Part shown: in pieces, positions 1-11,005 of the stretch | How the letters are laid out: every line of letters begins with the position of its first letter | How positions within the stretch are numbered: position 1 is the first letter of the stretch | NCBI GenBank assembly: GCA_023231475.1 | Contig: JALJEE010001321.1 | Location: forward strand, 48,487-68,486 | Source of the DNA: Seison nebaliae | Lineage: Eukaryota | DNA length: 20,000 bases | Reading direction: 5' to 3' | The notes under the pieces: generated by a model | Told to the model about the DNA's origin: nothing | The model's input: only the letters and a program-made list of their open reading frames with translations | Databases searched by the model: none | Translations under genes and position numbers: made by a program

Positions 1-721
1 ATGGAGTAATGGGGGAACTATAAGTAATAAAACTAAACCTTCAAAATAGAAAAGGAATTTTTTCAAAAATAAAATGTTTATTATTTACATCGTCTCATGA
101 TCCATTTCCATTTGTGCACAGAAAGTGCACAGATGTGTTCTTGACATCACCAAGCCACCCTTCCTACCACCATATACTTAGAGAAGAAGAATCTCATTTA
201 TCAGAACTTTGCATCGATATTCATTTCATCTTATCAAATAATTAAATCGTCACGCTAAGCAGGAGACGAATCGGGAAATTTCATTTCCCAATAACAAAAT
301 AATTTTTGGTTGGTAGTCGAGATGTAGTTCAAATATTCTTCTTCCAACAATTTGGATGAAGCAAATTGGGGGGGGAATCAGCTTAGAGGAAAGATAAGAT
401 CATTTCAATGAAGAAATACAGCTGATGAAGGTAATGACAACTGTTACTTGGCATTCAATGGAAGTCATATAGATCAATTTGGCAGGTGAATAACGAAATC
501 ATTCTATCAATCTGCTGAAAGAGGTAATGAACGAAATTAACGTAACAGACATGAAAAAGAAAATAAGGAAATTAGAGAAAACGAATGTGTAAATCGATTA
601 TTGGTGAATGGTAAACTCTGACAGATTTTATGATGAACGGCACTCTCACACTCTAACCACACACATTCACATCATCTCATCTGATCGACTTAATGATCAG
701 CTTCGTCTTAATCACCCGCAA

Positions 722-830
722 ATTTAATTGGAAAAATATTCCTTCCAAAAATATTAATAGGAAGATATTTTTCATAAAAATTTTAATTGGAAAATATTTT
801 TCCCAATAATTTTAAATCGAAACAATATTA
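722..830. repeat. Degenerate ~30-bp AT-rich tandem repeat (~3.5 copies) with internally palindromic units
   Basis: Successive units read TTAATTGGAAAAATATTCCTTCC / TTAATAGGAAGATATTTTTC / TTAATTGGAAAATATTTTTCCC / TTAAATCGAAACAATATT. Confidence 0.55.
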
Positions 831-1415
831 AAAAAAATTTTGTACAATTTCTTCAACTTCATAAAATTTTCATGAATAAAAATAAAAATTAAGTGTTGTT
901 GTTGTTATTGTTTTGAAGGAATCATATTGATGAGATTTGTAGAATTGGAAGAAAGATGTTTGTCAATAAGTTTATTTGAAGGATGTGATTTGTGAAATGC
1001 ACAGCAGGATGTAGCTATGGAAGAGATCTTGAAAAAATAATGAAACGGAAAAAATGTGGAAGGTATCAGAATTCATAAAAATTATCTTGTCATTTGATTA
1101 AGCTGAGTTTTGCTTCTTCAATTACTATTCTTCCAAATAAATTTTCGAGTGTCTCGCTAATGAAAGGGGGAGAGGAGGAGGAGGACACGAAGAATAAAAA
1201 CGAAAATTGTCCAATGCGAAACTTGACCTATATCGGAGAATATTCCGACCGTGAGATATCGATCAATATTCATTTCATCAACAGCTCACTTCCCCTATAT
1301 GTTGTGTGGACGAGGGATTGCATTATTCAATCAGATGAATAACAAATTTTCGTGTTCAACACATTCGATTTGGGAATAGAAGAACTGGTATTTTCGATGG
1401 AAAATATTTCGTTTC

Positions 1416-1449
1416 TGTTGTTGTTGTTGTTGTTGATGAAGATGATGAT
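1416..1449. repeat. (TGT)n microsatellite running into a (GAT)n-like tract
   Basis: TGTTGTTGTTGTTGTTGTTG followed by ATGAAGATGATGAT. Confidence 0.75.
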
Positions 1450-4400
1450 AGCTACTGATGATGGTTGTCGTAGTAAATAGCGTGGTTATTTAACTAAAAG
1501 TTGAGTTAATTATAAATCGATTAGTCTGTCATCGATAACAAACACGACTACTCTCCAAACACGATTGCATGGACGAGAGATGAGGGGAAACAATACCGTG
1601 GAAATAATGAACACGAAAATGTGAAATTCGCAACATTCATGCGGCTGTTTTATATATACGAAATTTGTGTGAAAGTAAAATAGTTTGTGATGAGATAACA
1701 TCAATATTATCAGTAACATAATTATCATCGTCCATTTATTATTATTATCGTCGTTTAATTGTCTTGATGATTATCGGAGGTGAAATTGATGAAACTATTT
1801 CCAAATACTTCTCAATAGAAATTAAGCGAAAACTATTTCATGCTTTATTCGGAGCAAGTCAAAATATGATTTACATACAAATTCATCAATTCGCTCTCTA
1901 CTGATAATTCATCTCGTTCGACCAATTCATAAATATTCTTGTCATACAGTAATAGAAAGACAGTTAAATGAGAAATGTGATGAGTCGCTTCATTCTCCAT
2001 ATTCGATTCATGGACAGTAGATCAAATTTACAAAAAGAAATCATTGATAACTAGGAATGTGATGTGCAGACGAACCAAATCATCATCAGTTCCATTAGAC
2101 GAACAAACAACCTAACACTAATGTCTGATACATTTCTTCGATTTGATTGAGAAGAATTAAACAAAAATCTTTTGGACGCCAGACTCCTTTAATGATTTGA
2201 TTGAAGTTCCTTGCTAATTTACTGCACTACATTTTGGGAGAGAAATAACAAATTATTAAAGGATCGGAATGATAGATTGGATCTGTAAATTGAAGGCAAT
2301 TCACATCTGGGTTGGGTAGGAAACATCCACTTTTATTATCACATTATCACAATGTGAGTGTTGAAGTCGACTAAGAATGAACGATAGTTATTTCTTCCAC
2401 ATCATTTATCAAAAAAATCTTCACAATCCGATGACGTTTTCTCCTCAATCAATTACTTTCGGTTGGGAAGGAATCGGCTGATATTTAGACAATGATAATT
2501 ACTCCATTTCCAATAACTCCCAAATTTCCTTCATTCTCTTTTTTTTATTGAAAAAAACAGATTATTTTTAGAACAAAAGATGGAAATGAATAAATATCGA
2601 TTCATTCTTATCAACGTTCTTCTCATCGTCATCTTTCTCCCATTCACTTCTTCTCAAACAATTATTACATCATTTAGGTTTATGACGAATTATATGAACA
2701 TGTAATAATTAAATTATTCTCCGACACTTCAATCGATTCCTTTCATTAGAATAACAAAACATTTTTCATCAACATCTTCTTCATTCGCACAACATTCAGG
2801 AAAAACTACAAATCGTCTAATCTATTCTTTATCCATCTCCATTATGCACATGACAAACCATCAGATTTTGATGAAACGAACATAATTCATAAATAATCGT
2901 CTCAATTCAATTATTATCAATCAATTTTCTACCACAACCAAAATCGAAATAAAAAATACATTGAGAATTATGATTTCTTTTCATTCCTAATTAATCATCG
3001 AAAATCTATTTATTTCAATATCCGATTTTATTCGATTCGATTCACGAAAAAAAGCATTCATAAAATTTTTCCAAAATTATTCAATTTAGAGTTCAATTTG
3101 AATAATTTTCGTTTGAGACAATATGAAGAAACGAAACGGAAGGGAGAACATTTGAGAAGGAAATGTTGTTGAATGCAATCAATGTTTCAATTTCATCAAC
3201 AGAAGATATTTCTCATCTCTCATCACGTTACTTTCGTTTAATTGAAATGGTTGGACTGATATTTGATAGGAGAGCAATGTTCAAATGGGAGCGATGGAAG
3301 ATAAATAGAGCAGGGAGGAACGATGTGCGAATGAAGTGGAAGATGATTCATAAGAAAATCTTTCATCGACTACATTCGATGAGAGATCGCGATATTCAAC
3401 TTTCCCATCTTTATTTGCTGATTGACGACACCTGCATATACGGACGTAACGATATGCTTTATGTGCACAACTGACCACATCATTCAAAATGATGTTAATC
3501 TCTCCATTGATGAAATGGAGAGACTTCTAATGAAAGAGATCATCATCTTATTTACCATCAAAACATTTCCAAAGTTGATTAGTCTTTCCGTCTGAATGTC
3601 GATGACGAAGTACCGCTTATGCACCACAAATCATAATTATAATCTCTTCTCATTTACTTTCCTCACATCCTGTCAAGACTGAACTAGATATATCTCATGT
3701 GAAATTGATTGAAAACAAAGAATGAAATGGAATTTCCTTAAAAAGAAAATTCTAATAATTTCTTTCCACTAAATATTTTGGGGTAGGAGAATGAAAAAGA
3801 AATTTACGTTACCAACTGATCATCAGTCGGACTTGTGCGTAGAATGACCAGCATGCTAAATGAGTTATGGAAAGGAAATTGCAATTTTCATGTATCATAT
3901 GTTCAATTAAGACAAAGACTCATTTTTCATTTACCTGGTGATATAATGAACAAATATTATTTTTCCAATTATATTCTCTTTTTTTTCTTTCACACACTTC
4001 CCACTCCCTCACACCATTTAATCGATTAGAAACCACCATTTACCAAACCAACAGTTTGTTGGAAATGTGGACAATTCTCGTAGAAACTTCTAGCTAACTC
4101 AATTGACTCATTTGTTGATGGGGTGGAGACACTTCTTGCCCATCAACATAAATCTGAAAAGACAATTTTATTCAGATATGAACAATCGAGGAGAATTCGT
4201 CTGATAAGTGAAAGATTGGAAGGAAGGTATTGCGTGTCCATTTTGTGTTGGAGTGCAGTTGGAAAGGTATAAGAAGACCCACAAGTCGTATCGGCACCAA
4301 CGAGAAATGGAGTTGTAATGAAGAAAGAAGATAATGGAGATTGAAATTCATAATGAACGATAATTTTCCTGTCGTTCTCTCATTTAGTATGATAATCTTA

Positions 4401-7400
4401 TTAAATTCAGTTAAAACATTCCCCCCTTACATAAGAGAGATGGAGTTCCACCACGAAATGAAATTCATCGATAGAACACTCGACTTTCTGAGAATCGAGT
4501 AAGAGATAGATCAAATGAGAAATGGCAAATAAGGATGATCGACTTCACAAATCATTGCCCAACGTGCTATCGTGCACATTATTCTTTGCACAATACTCTA
4601 ATAAAAATTAAAATGTCAATGAACGTGACATCCGCTTTCTTTCTTCTCGATAGATATCGAAAAGAATAATATGGAATCTAAATCTCCTTTCTTTCTTTCT
4701 TTCTTCTCAAAATATGAAATAATATTACACAACTTCCCTCGAACACGAACAACAATCGGCATGATAATCGTAAGGAAAAAGTTTTCTTTTGACTCGGGGA
4801 GAAATTGAATATATTCGTATTCGGAGAATATTCCTTATAAATAAATAAAAATATTCTGATGGTCCTCTCACTGCGTCTGATGGAGCATGAACGGTACACT
4901 AATGGATTGGTACCTAACATTATGGAAAAGACGAAAGTAAATGGTAATTAAGTGTCAATGTCAACTTGCTCTCATATAATACGAACTTTTTTTTTATCGC
5001 TACTCGTTCTATGATTAGCACGATGCACTGATTCACCTCAAGTGACATTTCCCAGTTTTGATCATTCTGACATCATTTTGTCCATTTCAACTGACCTGTT
5101 AACGGAACAGCAGAAAGTTGTTAAATTACTGACGTAAACCGAAAAAATGAATTGTAATTAGAAACGAATTGATGAATCCTTACACCTATTCATAAACAAT
5201 GAGAGGGAGAAGGTCGGGAGAGAATTGATGATGATGATAGTGGTGGTGACGGAAAATGATAAGAGTTCCAAATGGAAATATTTGGAGAAGATTCGCGACG
5301 AGACCATGAGCAGTGGGAAGAATATATATTTGTGTAGCGGATTTACTCATTCATCCATTTCAGTCGTGGGAAGTCGATGGTACGGAAACGAAATGTAGAA
5401 GAAGAATCGACAGAAAAATAGGAGAAGCAATCTCACATAATTGAATTGGTGCTAGCAATATAAGTCGGATGATAGTAAAGAATTCCAATAATATCTTTAT
5501 GTCACTCACACACAGAGTGTAAGGCAGCAGTAATTCATATTAATCATTCTGATTCACATTAGAACGAGACCCTGATCAACCCACATTCCATTATATAATT
5601 GATCGAACTCGAAATTTATCATTCTCAGCGAAATTCCTTCTCCTCACAAGAAATCATTTCAACTAATAGTTCAACATTCCTCTCGTCCATATTTATTCAT
5701 CCTTCTCAATTCACACGATGTCAATCATCCTTCTCCAAACTGAAACAAATCTATTTTGAATAAAACATTCTCGTGTGTTTGGTCGAGTCGGTTAATTTCG
5801 GTGGAAAAGAACGGAAAGAATTTGGGTGAGGAAACAATATAAATAAATCATTTACATATCTTCTTCACATCGAACTGATAATATACGGATAGAATGAAAG
5901 GTATGTTATTCACCTTCATCCCCAATGCACCAACACCTATTATTGTCCAATGCTTATTAGACAATCAGTCAAGCAATCACAACTTTTCCACAAATTACAA
6001 AAATGTTAATCGACCAATCTTTCCACCTATGAACGTTCCATCCATCTGGTCACGTGTGTTCATTGTTAGGTGTCAAATTGTAAATCGTCACCAAAACAAC
6101 AAAAGAAACGAATGTGGAATGTAAATTAGAATGTTTATGTAAATGATTTCTCCTTCACAATCTTCTCCATTTTCTTACTTACAATTATCACAATTAATTA
6201 GGTCTTTATTTATGAAATGAAGAATTGCATGCAAACTATCTTATTGAAATTCGAATAATTAAATTAATTAATTCAACTAAATTAAAGAAGCGAATGTATT
6301 ATCAAAATTCGCTGGCCACTCTCAAATACGAATAGAATAGTTATATTCCTATATTCGCACTCTCGAGTGCAGTCTGATTAACCTTCGAACGAACTCTACA
6401 ATTCTTCTCTCCTTTCATATTCACTCTCAAGTCAATTCCATCCGTTATTAATTCGATAAGATTATTAATAAAGTTGAATTTGTGAGAAATGTTCTCATCA
6501 GAATTGCAACTATTGTTGGTAGACGATCGTTCAATTTTTTATGATTGTTAGTGAGTTTGAAGTTAGTCAAAGCAACTTTGAATGAGTAGAAATGAGAGGA
6601 GAAATTGAAAAATTTGAACAAACAAATCTTCGATGAATATGTGTCATATTATATGAATCAAAGAATTTTCATAAAAATTTTGAAAGAAAGTTGCCTAAAC
6701 TTCACATTCTTTATATGCATCTCATCACATGAGATGAGATCTAATCAGCAATCGATTATTTAGTCATCAAACAAACATCATTTTGGAATTAACTAAATAG
6801 ATCATCCTTTCCAACTCATTAAGCATATTGGGAAGTATCAAAAATCGAATGGATTTTTGGCGGAGAAGTAGGAAGAGGGAAAAGCCGAGGGAAAATGGGA
6901 GAAAATTGAAAATTCATAAATCATTAGAAGCGATGTGAGCATTGTCTTATTGTGAGTTGATTGATAGAAATAAATCAATTTAATTCATTTCACTGACGAA
7001 CGAGGAATCGCTAATTCGTAAAACGAATAATTCGTCCATTCATTATCCCAATCCATCCATCTAATGTGAACATAATCATTTATAACAATCAATCTTCATA
7101 TTCGATTATAAATGTCTCTTCCGAGAAGTGGTAAATCTTGGAAGGAAAGTTTGAGGAAAGTTTCCGTGAAATGGATTCGCACTTTTTCTACCATTCAATG
7201 ATAATGTTCGACTCGCAATCAATCGTCACCACTTAATTTAGAAAGCGTACAAAGTAATTTTTCGTTTTGAAGTACAAAAAATAGGAGAAAGAAATTAGTT
7301 TTCCTTCACTTCCACTTTGGCGCTGAGAAATGTATGAGGGAAAGAATGAGGAAAGATTAATGAGATTAGGAGGACAATAACGATCGAGAACGAATCGACC

Positions 7401-8858
7401 ACTTCAAATACAATGAACATAACAAACAGGAATTGAGAGAAATTATCTGGGAGAATCGTATCGAATCGTTCTCAATTAAAAGAAGCCGAAAATTGATTTG
7501 TGTTACGATTGTGATAGGATGTATAATATCATAATAATTATCAATATAATTTAGTGATTATGGAGTAGATGTGTCCAACGAGAAATGTTGGACTCCTTTC
7601 TCACTAAAACACGTAGCATTCGTCAGATGAAGATGTAATTTATTAATGAAGTTTCATTGACTTCCTTCTAATTTTCCGTGGGATATTGATTGATTGAATG
7701 GAAATATTCTTTTTCATCTTCTCCTCCATTTCACTCCTACTTTGGATGTATCAATTACTTCGTGTGCCATAATTATCACAATTTATTTATTCAGGTAATA
7801 AGACAATTAACTATTCATTCTCACGTCAAAATGAAATGGACGACAGTTGTTCGTTGGAAACAGACAGGCAGAAATGTTTTCGGGTAAATATTCGGTCGCT
7901 GAATTCGCCCCCAAACTTTGTTGGATGTTCTCTGAAACTTTCCTAAACAATCTCTTCATTCTCCTAATTATCATATTTGAAGTTAGTTAGTTGGTGCGTA
8001 ATGACTAGAATCCATATGAGCTGAACTGTTTGCGAAGTGTGGATAGGAATATGGCCACCATTTAATCCAATGCTCCCCACTAATCAGTAGGTGAAGAATG
8101 AATTGAGTGAACTTCTCAAATTACTTTCGGATGTTTCCATAAATATCCGATTCTCTCCCAAACCAACTACTTCAAACGATGCTTTATGTGGCGTGTTAAT
8201 GGGAATCTATTCAATTTGAAACTATCATTAATTTGCATTAAATCAACTTATTGTCGTCACCATGACAACGATGTAAAAGAGAAAGTTCTCTTACTCGAGG
8301 TATCACTCTCGAACGAAACCATCAGAATTATGTCATAATGAATAAGAGAAATATTAGTTAAGAGGAAATGATCGACCGGAAATATAAATAAAAGTGATGG
8401 GGAGTAGGTGTGAATTAATTCAATTCCATCTATCATTCGACACCACTCAATAATCGTAACGAATTGGAAAGGAAAGTAACATATTCATTGACATACTCTC
8501 TCATCACTTAACCGCAGCCGAAATAAGAGTTAAAGTGGTTAATTAACACGTTGAGAGAAAGAATTCCACATGCTTCCAGTCCTTTCGTCCAACTATCACA
8601 CCGATTGATGACTACGTGTAATGAGTGAAAGTTGAACGAAAGTATTCATTCCTGTCAAATATCATCGGCAAATTACAGAGAAACTCTCATTTTCCGTCCT
8701 TCATTCTCAATATATCATTATCCACTTCATTTACTTTAATAACATCGACAATCGAACTGGAGTGAATTACGAAGAACGAACAATAACTTCATACATATCT
8801 TCACTAAGATTCCATATGGAAGTACGACTGTCCAACATTGTCCTCTGTTAACCCCCCC

Positions 8859-8889
<31 letters not shown>

Positions 8890-8891
8890 AC
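8859..8891. repeat. (CA)n microsatellite preceded by a C run
   Basis: (CA)12 at 8859-8882 followed by an interrupted AACACACAC. Confidence 0.9.
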
Positions 8892-9587
8892 TTTAAGTTT
8901 ATAGTGAGAATGAGACAAATAAAATTTAAAATAAAATATTTTATGGAAATATCTGACGAATTTATGTTGACAATAAAGAAGAATTTAATGCGAACACTTC
9001 ACATGATGAACTGAACATATTCAATAAAATGCTGCTAACACCAAATAATGTTCTGGTATTTGTCGAACAAAAGAACTTGAAATCTCAATTCATGATCTTC
9101 CCGAGCTACCATTATCTTCATTCAATTCTTCGAACTTTTCGAAAATTTCTAATTTTATGAACTTTAACATCATCTCATGGTTCTTAGTAGTTAATATGAC
9201 GTGAAAATGAAAATAATTTAAGTTTATAATTAAATATTATAGAAATTTTTAAAAACGAGTCGAAAACTAAAAAATGAATGAAAAAAATGGTCGTCGATAT
9301 CATCAATTGTCCTAACGTGTAAGATGTCTATTTCGGCAAATTAAATGTTAATTAAATTTTTGAGTAGATGACAGAAATGTTTCTTTTAAATTCCCTTACT
9401 TGTTAGTTGTAGTTGTAAATTGTTAGATCATTTGATGGTGTTGAACGAATTTTTATGCTTTTCAGCTTCACTTCAAATGAATAATGAAATGAAAAGAATC
9501 TGTGAATTGGCATTTTTCGTTGAAGAAATATGAAATTAAATTATAAGTTTATCAATTTGTGAAATAATTTTCAATTTAAAACGGAAA

Positions 9588-10271
9588 ATGTTTCGGATAT
9601 TTATTCGAACTATCAAAACTTTTCATTCACCACCCAAAGTGATATGTGAAGGTTTCCCCGAAAAGAATAAATTGCCTTTTATGCCCAAGACCCCTCAATA
9701 TGCGCCCGGTTATAAAATTCGACGAATGATGAAGAATACGATGGAGATTCGAGGAGTGGAGAATGTGCACAATCAATTGATTCACCGTCAATATGGTGTG
9801 CAGGCATTGGGTGGTGGGAAATTGAAGCATGGTCATTTTGAAATGATGAGAAATACGATAAATAAGAAATTGGATTTCTATCGCACATTCGCCATTTATC
9901 GGGTGGAGCCATTGTGGCGACCAGAAACGAAGAAAGGAATCGGTAAACGATGTGGAAACGGTAAAGGTTCCATCGACCACTATACGACTCCGGTGAAACG
10001 TGGAAGAATAATTATGGAAATTGGAGGAACGTTAGAATTCCGAGAACTCTCCAAAGTTCTGAATGAAGTGGCACATAAATTACCATTTCCTGCACGAACG
10101 GTAACTCAGGATTTATTGGATGAAGAGGAAAAAACGGAGGAGATGGTTAGAGAAGAGAACATCAATCCATTGAAATGGGAATGGATCATTCGAAATAATT
10201 TAATGAATATTCATTCGAAAATTTCTCCGCAAGACATCATCTTTAGTGTTCATGGACCCAACGTGAGATAA
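9588..10271 (+). CDS. MRPL16: Mitochondrial large-subunit ribosomal protein uL16m (227 aa, single exon)
   Basis: Continuous ORF with metazoan uL16m motifs: ALGGGKLKHGHFEMMR, FAIYRV, KRCGNGKGSIDHYTTPVKRGRIIMEIGG, VAHKLPF, NPLKWE..NN..ISPQD. The basic N-terminus (MFRIFIRTIKTFH) resembles a mitochondrial presequence. AATAAA lies at 10283-10288. Confidence 0.96.
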   Translation: MFRIFIRTIKTFHSPPKVICEGFPEKNKLPFMPKTPQYAPGYKIRRMMKNTMEIRGVENVHNQLIHRQYGVQALGGGKLKHGHFEMMRNTINKKLDFYRTFAIYRVEPLWRPETKKGIGKRCGNGKGSIDHYTTPVKRGRIIMEIGGTLEFRELSKVLNEVAHKLPFPARTVTQDLLDEEEKTEEMVREENINPLKWEWIIRNNLMNIHSKISPQDIIFSVHGPNVR

Positions 10272-10282
10272 TTTGAAAAAAA

Positions 10283-10330
10283 AATAAAATTTCGACGAAC
10301 AATTCTAAAAATATTTCTTTTTTCAATCAG
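10283..10330 (+). promoter_or_regulatory. Intergenic processing signals between MRPL16 and MRPL14: poly(A) hexamer, U-rich tract and 3' splice-acceptor-like site
   Basis: AATAAA at 10283-10288, TATTTCTTTTTTC at 10312-10324, AATCAG ending at 10330. There is no GT dinucleotide between the MRPL16 stop and this AG. Confidence 0.5.
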
Positions 10331-10373
10331 ATCACATTTCTTTTCATCATCGAATGGAATTGAAGAAGAGACG

Positions 10374-10790
10374 ATGAAATTCTTACAAAATATTCTCTCT
10401 CGATCAGTTTCCATGACAACCCAACGGTTTCATATCGTCAAATTAACGAGAATGAATATTGTTGACAATTCATCGATTGCCATTAATGGAATGGCTTATC
10501 ATCGACGTCCGAAAGTTATTCATGTTTATACGAAAACTGGAATCGGACGAGTAGGAGATAAAATCCTTCTCGCTGTCAGTGGTCAGAAACAGAAAGCATT
10601 AATCGTTGGTTGCAAAGGCAAATTGGGAGATCATCGAACAGCTTCTAGAATTGATGCAAATAATTGTATCATAATTGATGATGATGGTATTCCAATCGGT
10701 TCTATCATCAACGCACCGATACCGATCGAATTGAAGAAAATGGATCAAGTGCACGAGAAAGTTTTTAAAATGACCACGGCAATTTTCTAA
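10374..10790 (+). CDS. MRPL14: Mitochondrial large-subunit ribosomal protein uL14m (138 aa, single exon)
   Basis: Motifs TRMNIVDNS, YHRRPKVIHVY..GIGRVGDKILLAV.GQKQKALIVG, RIDANNCIIIDDDGIPIGSIINAPIP are typical of animal MRPL14. Presequence-like N-terminus. AATAAA at 10789-10794 and 10813-10818. Confidence 0.96.
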   Translation: MKFLQNILSRSVSMTTQRFHIVKLTRMNIVDNSSIAINGMAYHRRPKVIHVYTKTGIGRVGDKILLAVSGQKQKALIVGCKGKLGDHRTASRIDANNCIIIDDDGIPIGSIINAPIPIELKKMDQVHEKVFKMTTAIF

Positions 10791-11005
10791 TAAAAATCTC
10801 TTTGTTCCAACTAATAAAAAAGTTAGTTTATTTGGATAAGTTATTGTTAAGATTAAGAATTTTTTGTATATAAAGACTTCTATCTCGTCGTCATCATTGT
10901 GGTCGCTATCTCGTTGTAAATAAGAAAAATTGACAAGAAATTTGTGAGTTGGAATGAAAATAAAAAACGAAAGAGAAATAAATATCTCTTGTCGTATTGA
11001 GATTT

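Noticed and set aside
109..135. 11-bp hairpin CATTTGTGCAC-AGAAA-GTGCACAGATG as a Helitron 3' end
   Set aside because: No CTRR terminus at the expected distance on either strand and no other element features.
3163..3487. Overlapping 103-aa (+) and 68-aa (-) ORFs
   Set aside because: No recognisable motif or convincing splice context; treated as chance ORFs.
6115..6136. miR-1-like sequence TGGAATGTAAATTAGAATGTTT
   Set aside because: No complementary arm on either side, so no precursor hairpin is possible.
8594..8615. miR-2-like sequence TATCACACCGATTGATGAC
   Set aside because: The seed differs from ATCACAG and there is no hairpin partner.
8736..8918. 60-aa ORF with a VCVCVC repeat
   Set aside because: Translation of the (CA)n microsatellite.
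9588..10790. Bacterial contaminant or NUMT ribosomal operon
   Set aside because: The proteins are animal mitoribosomal types with presequences and poly(A) signals, rpmC/rpsQ are absent, and the neighbours have spliceosomal introns.
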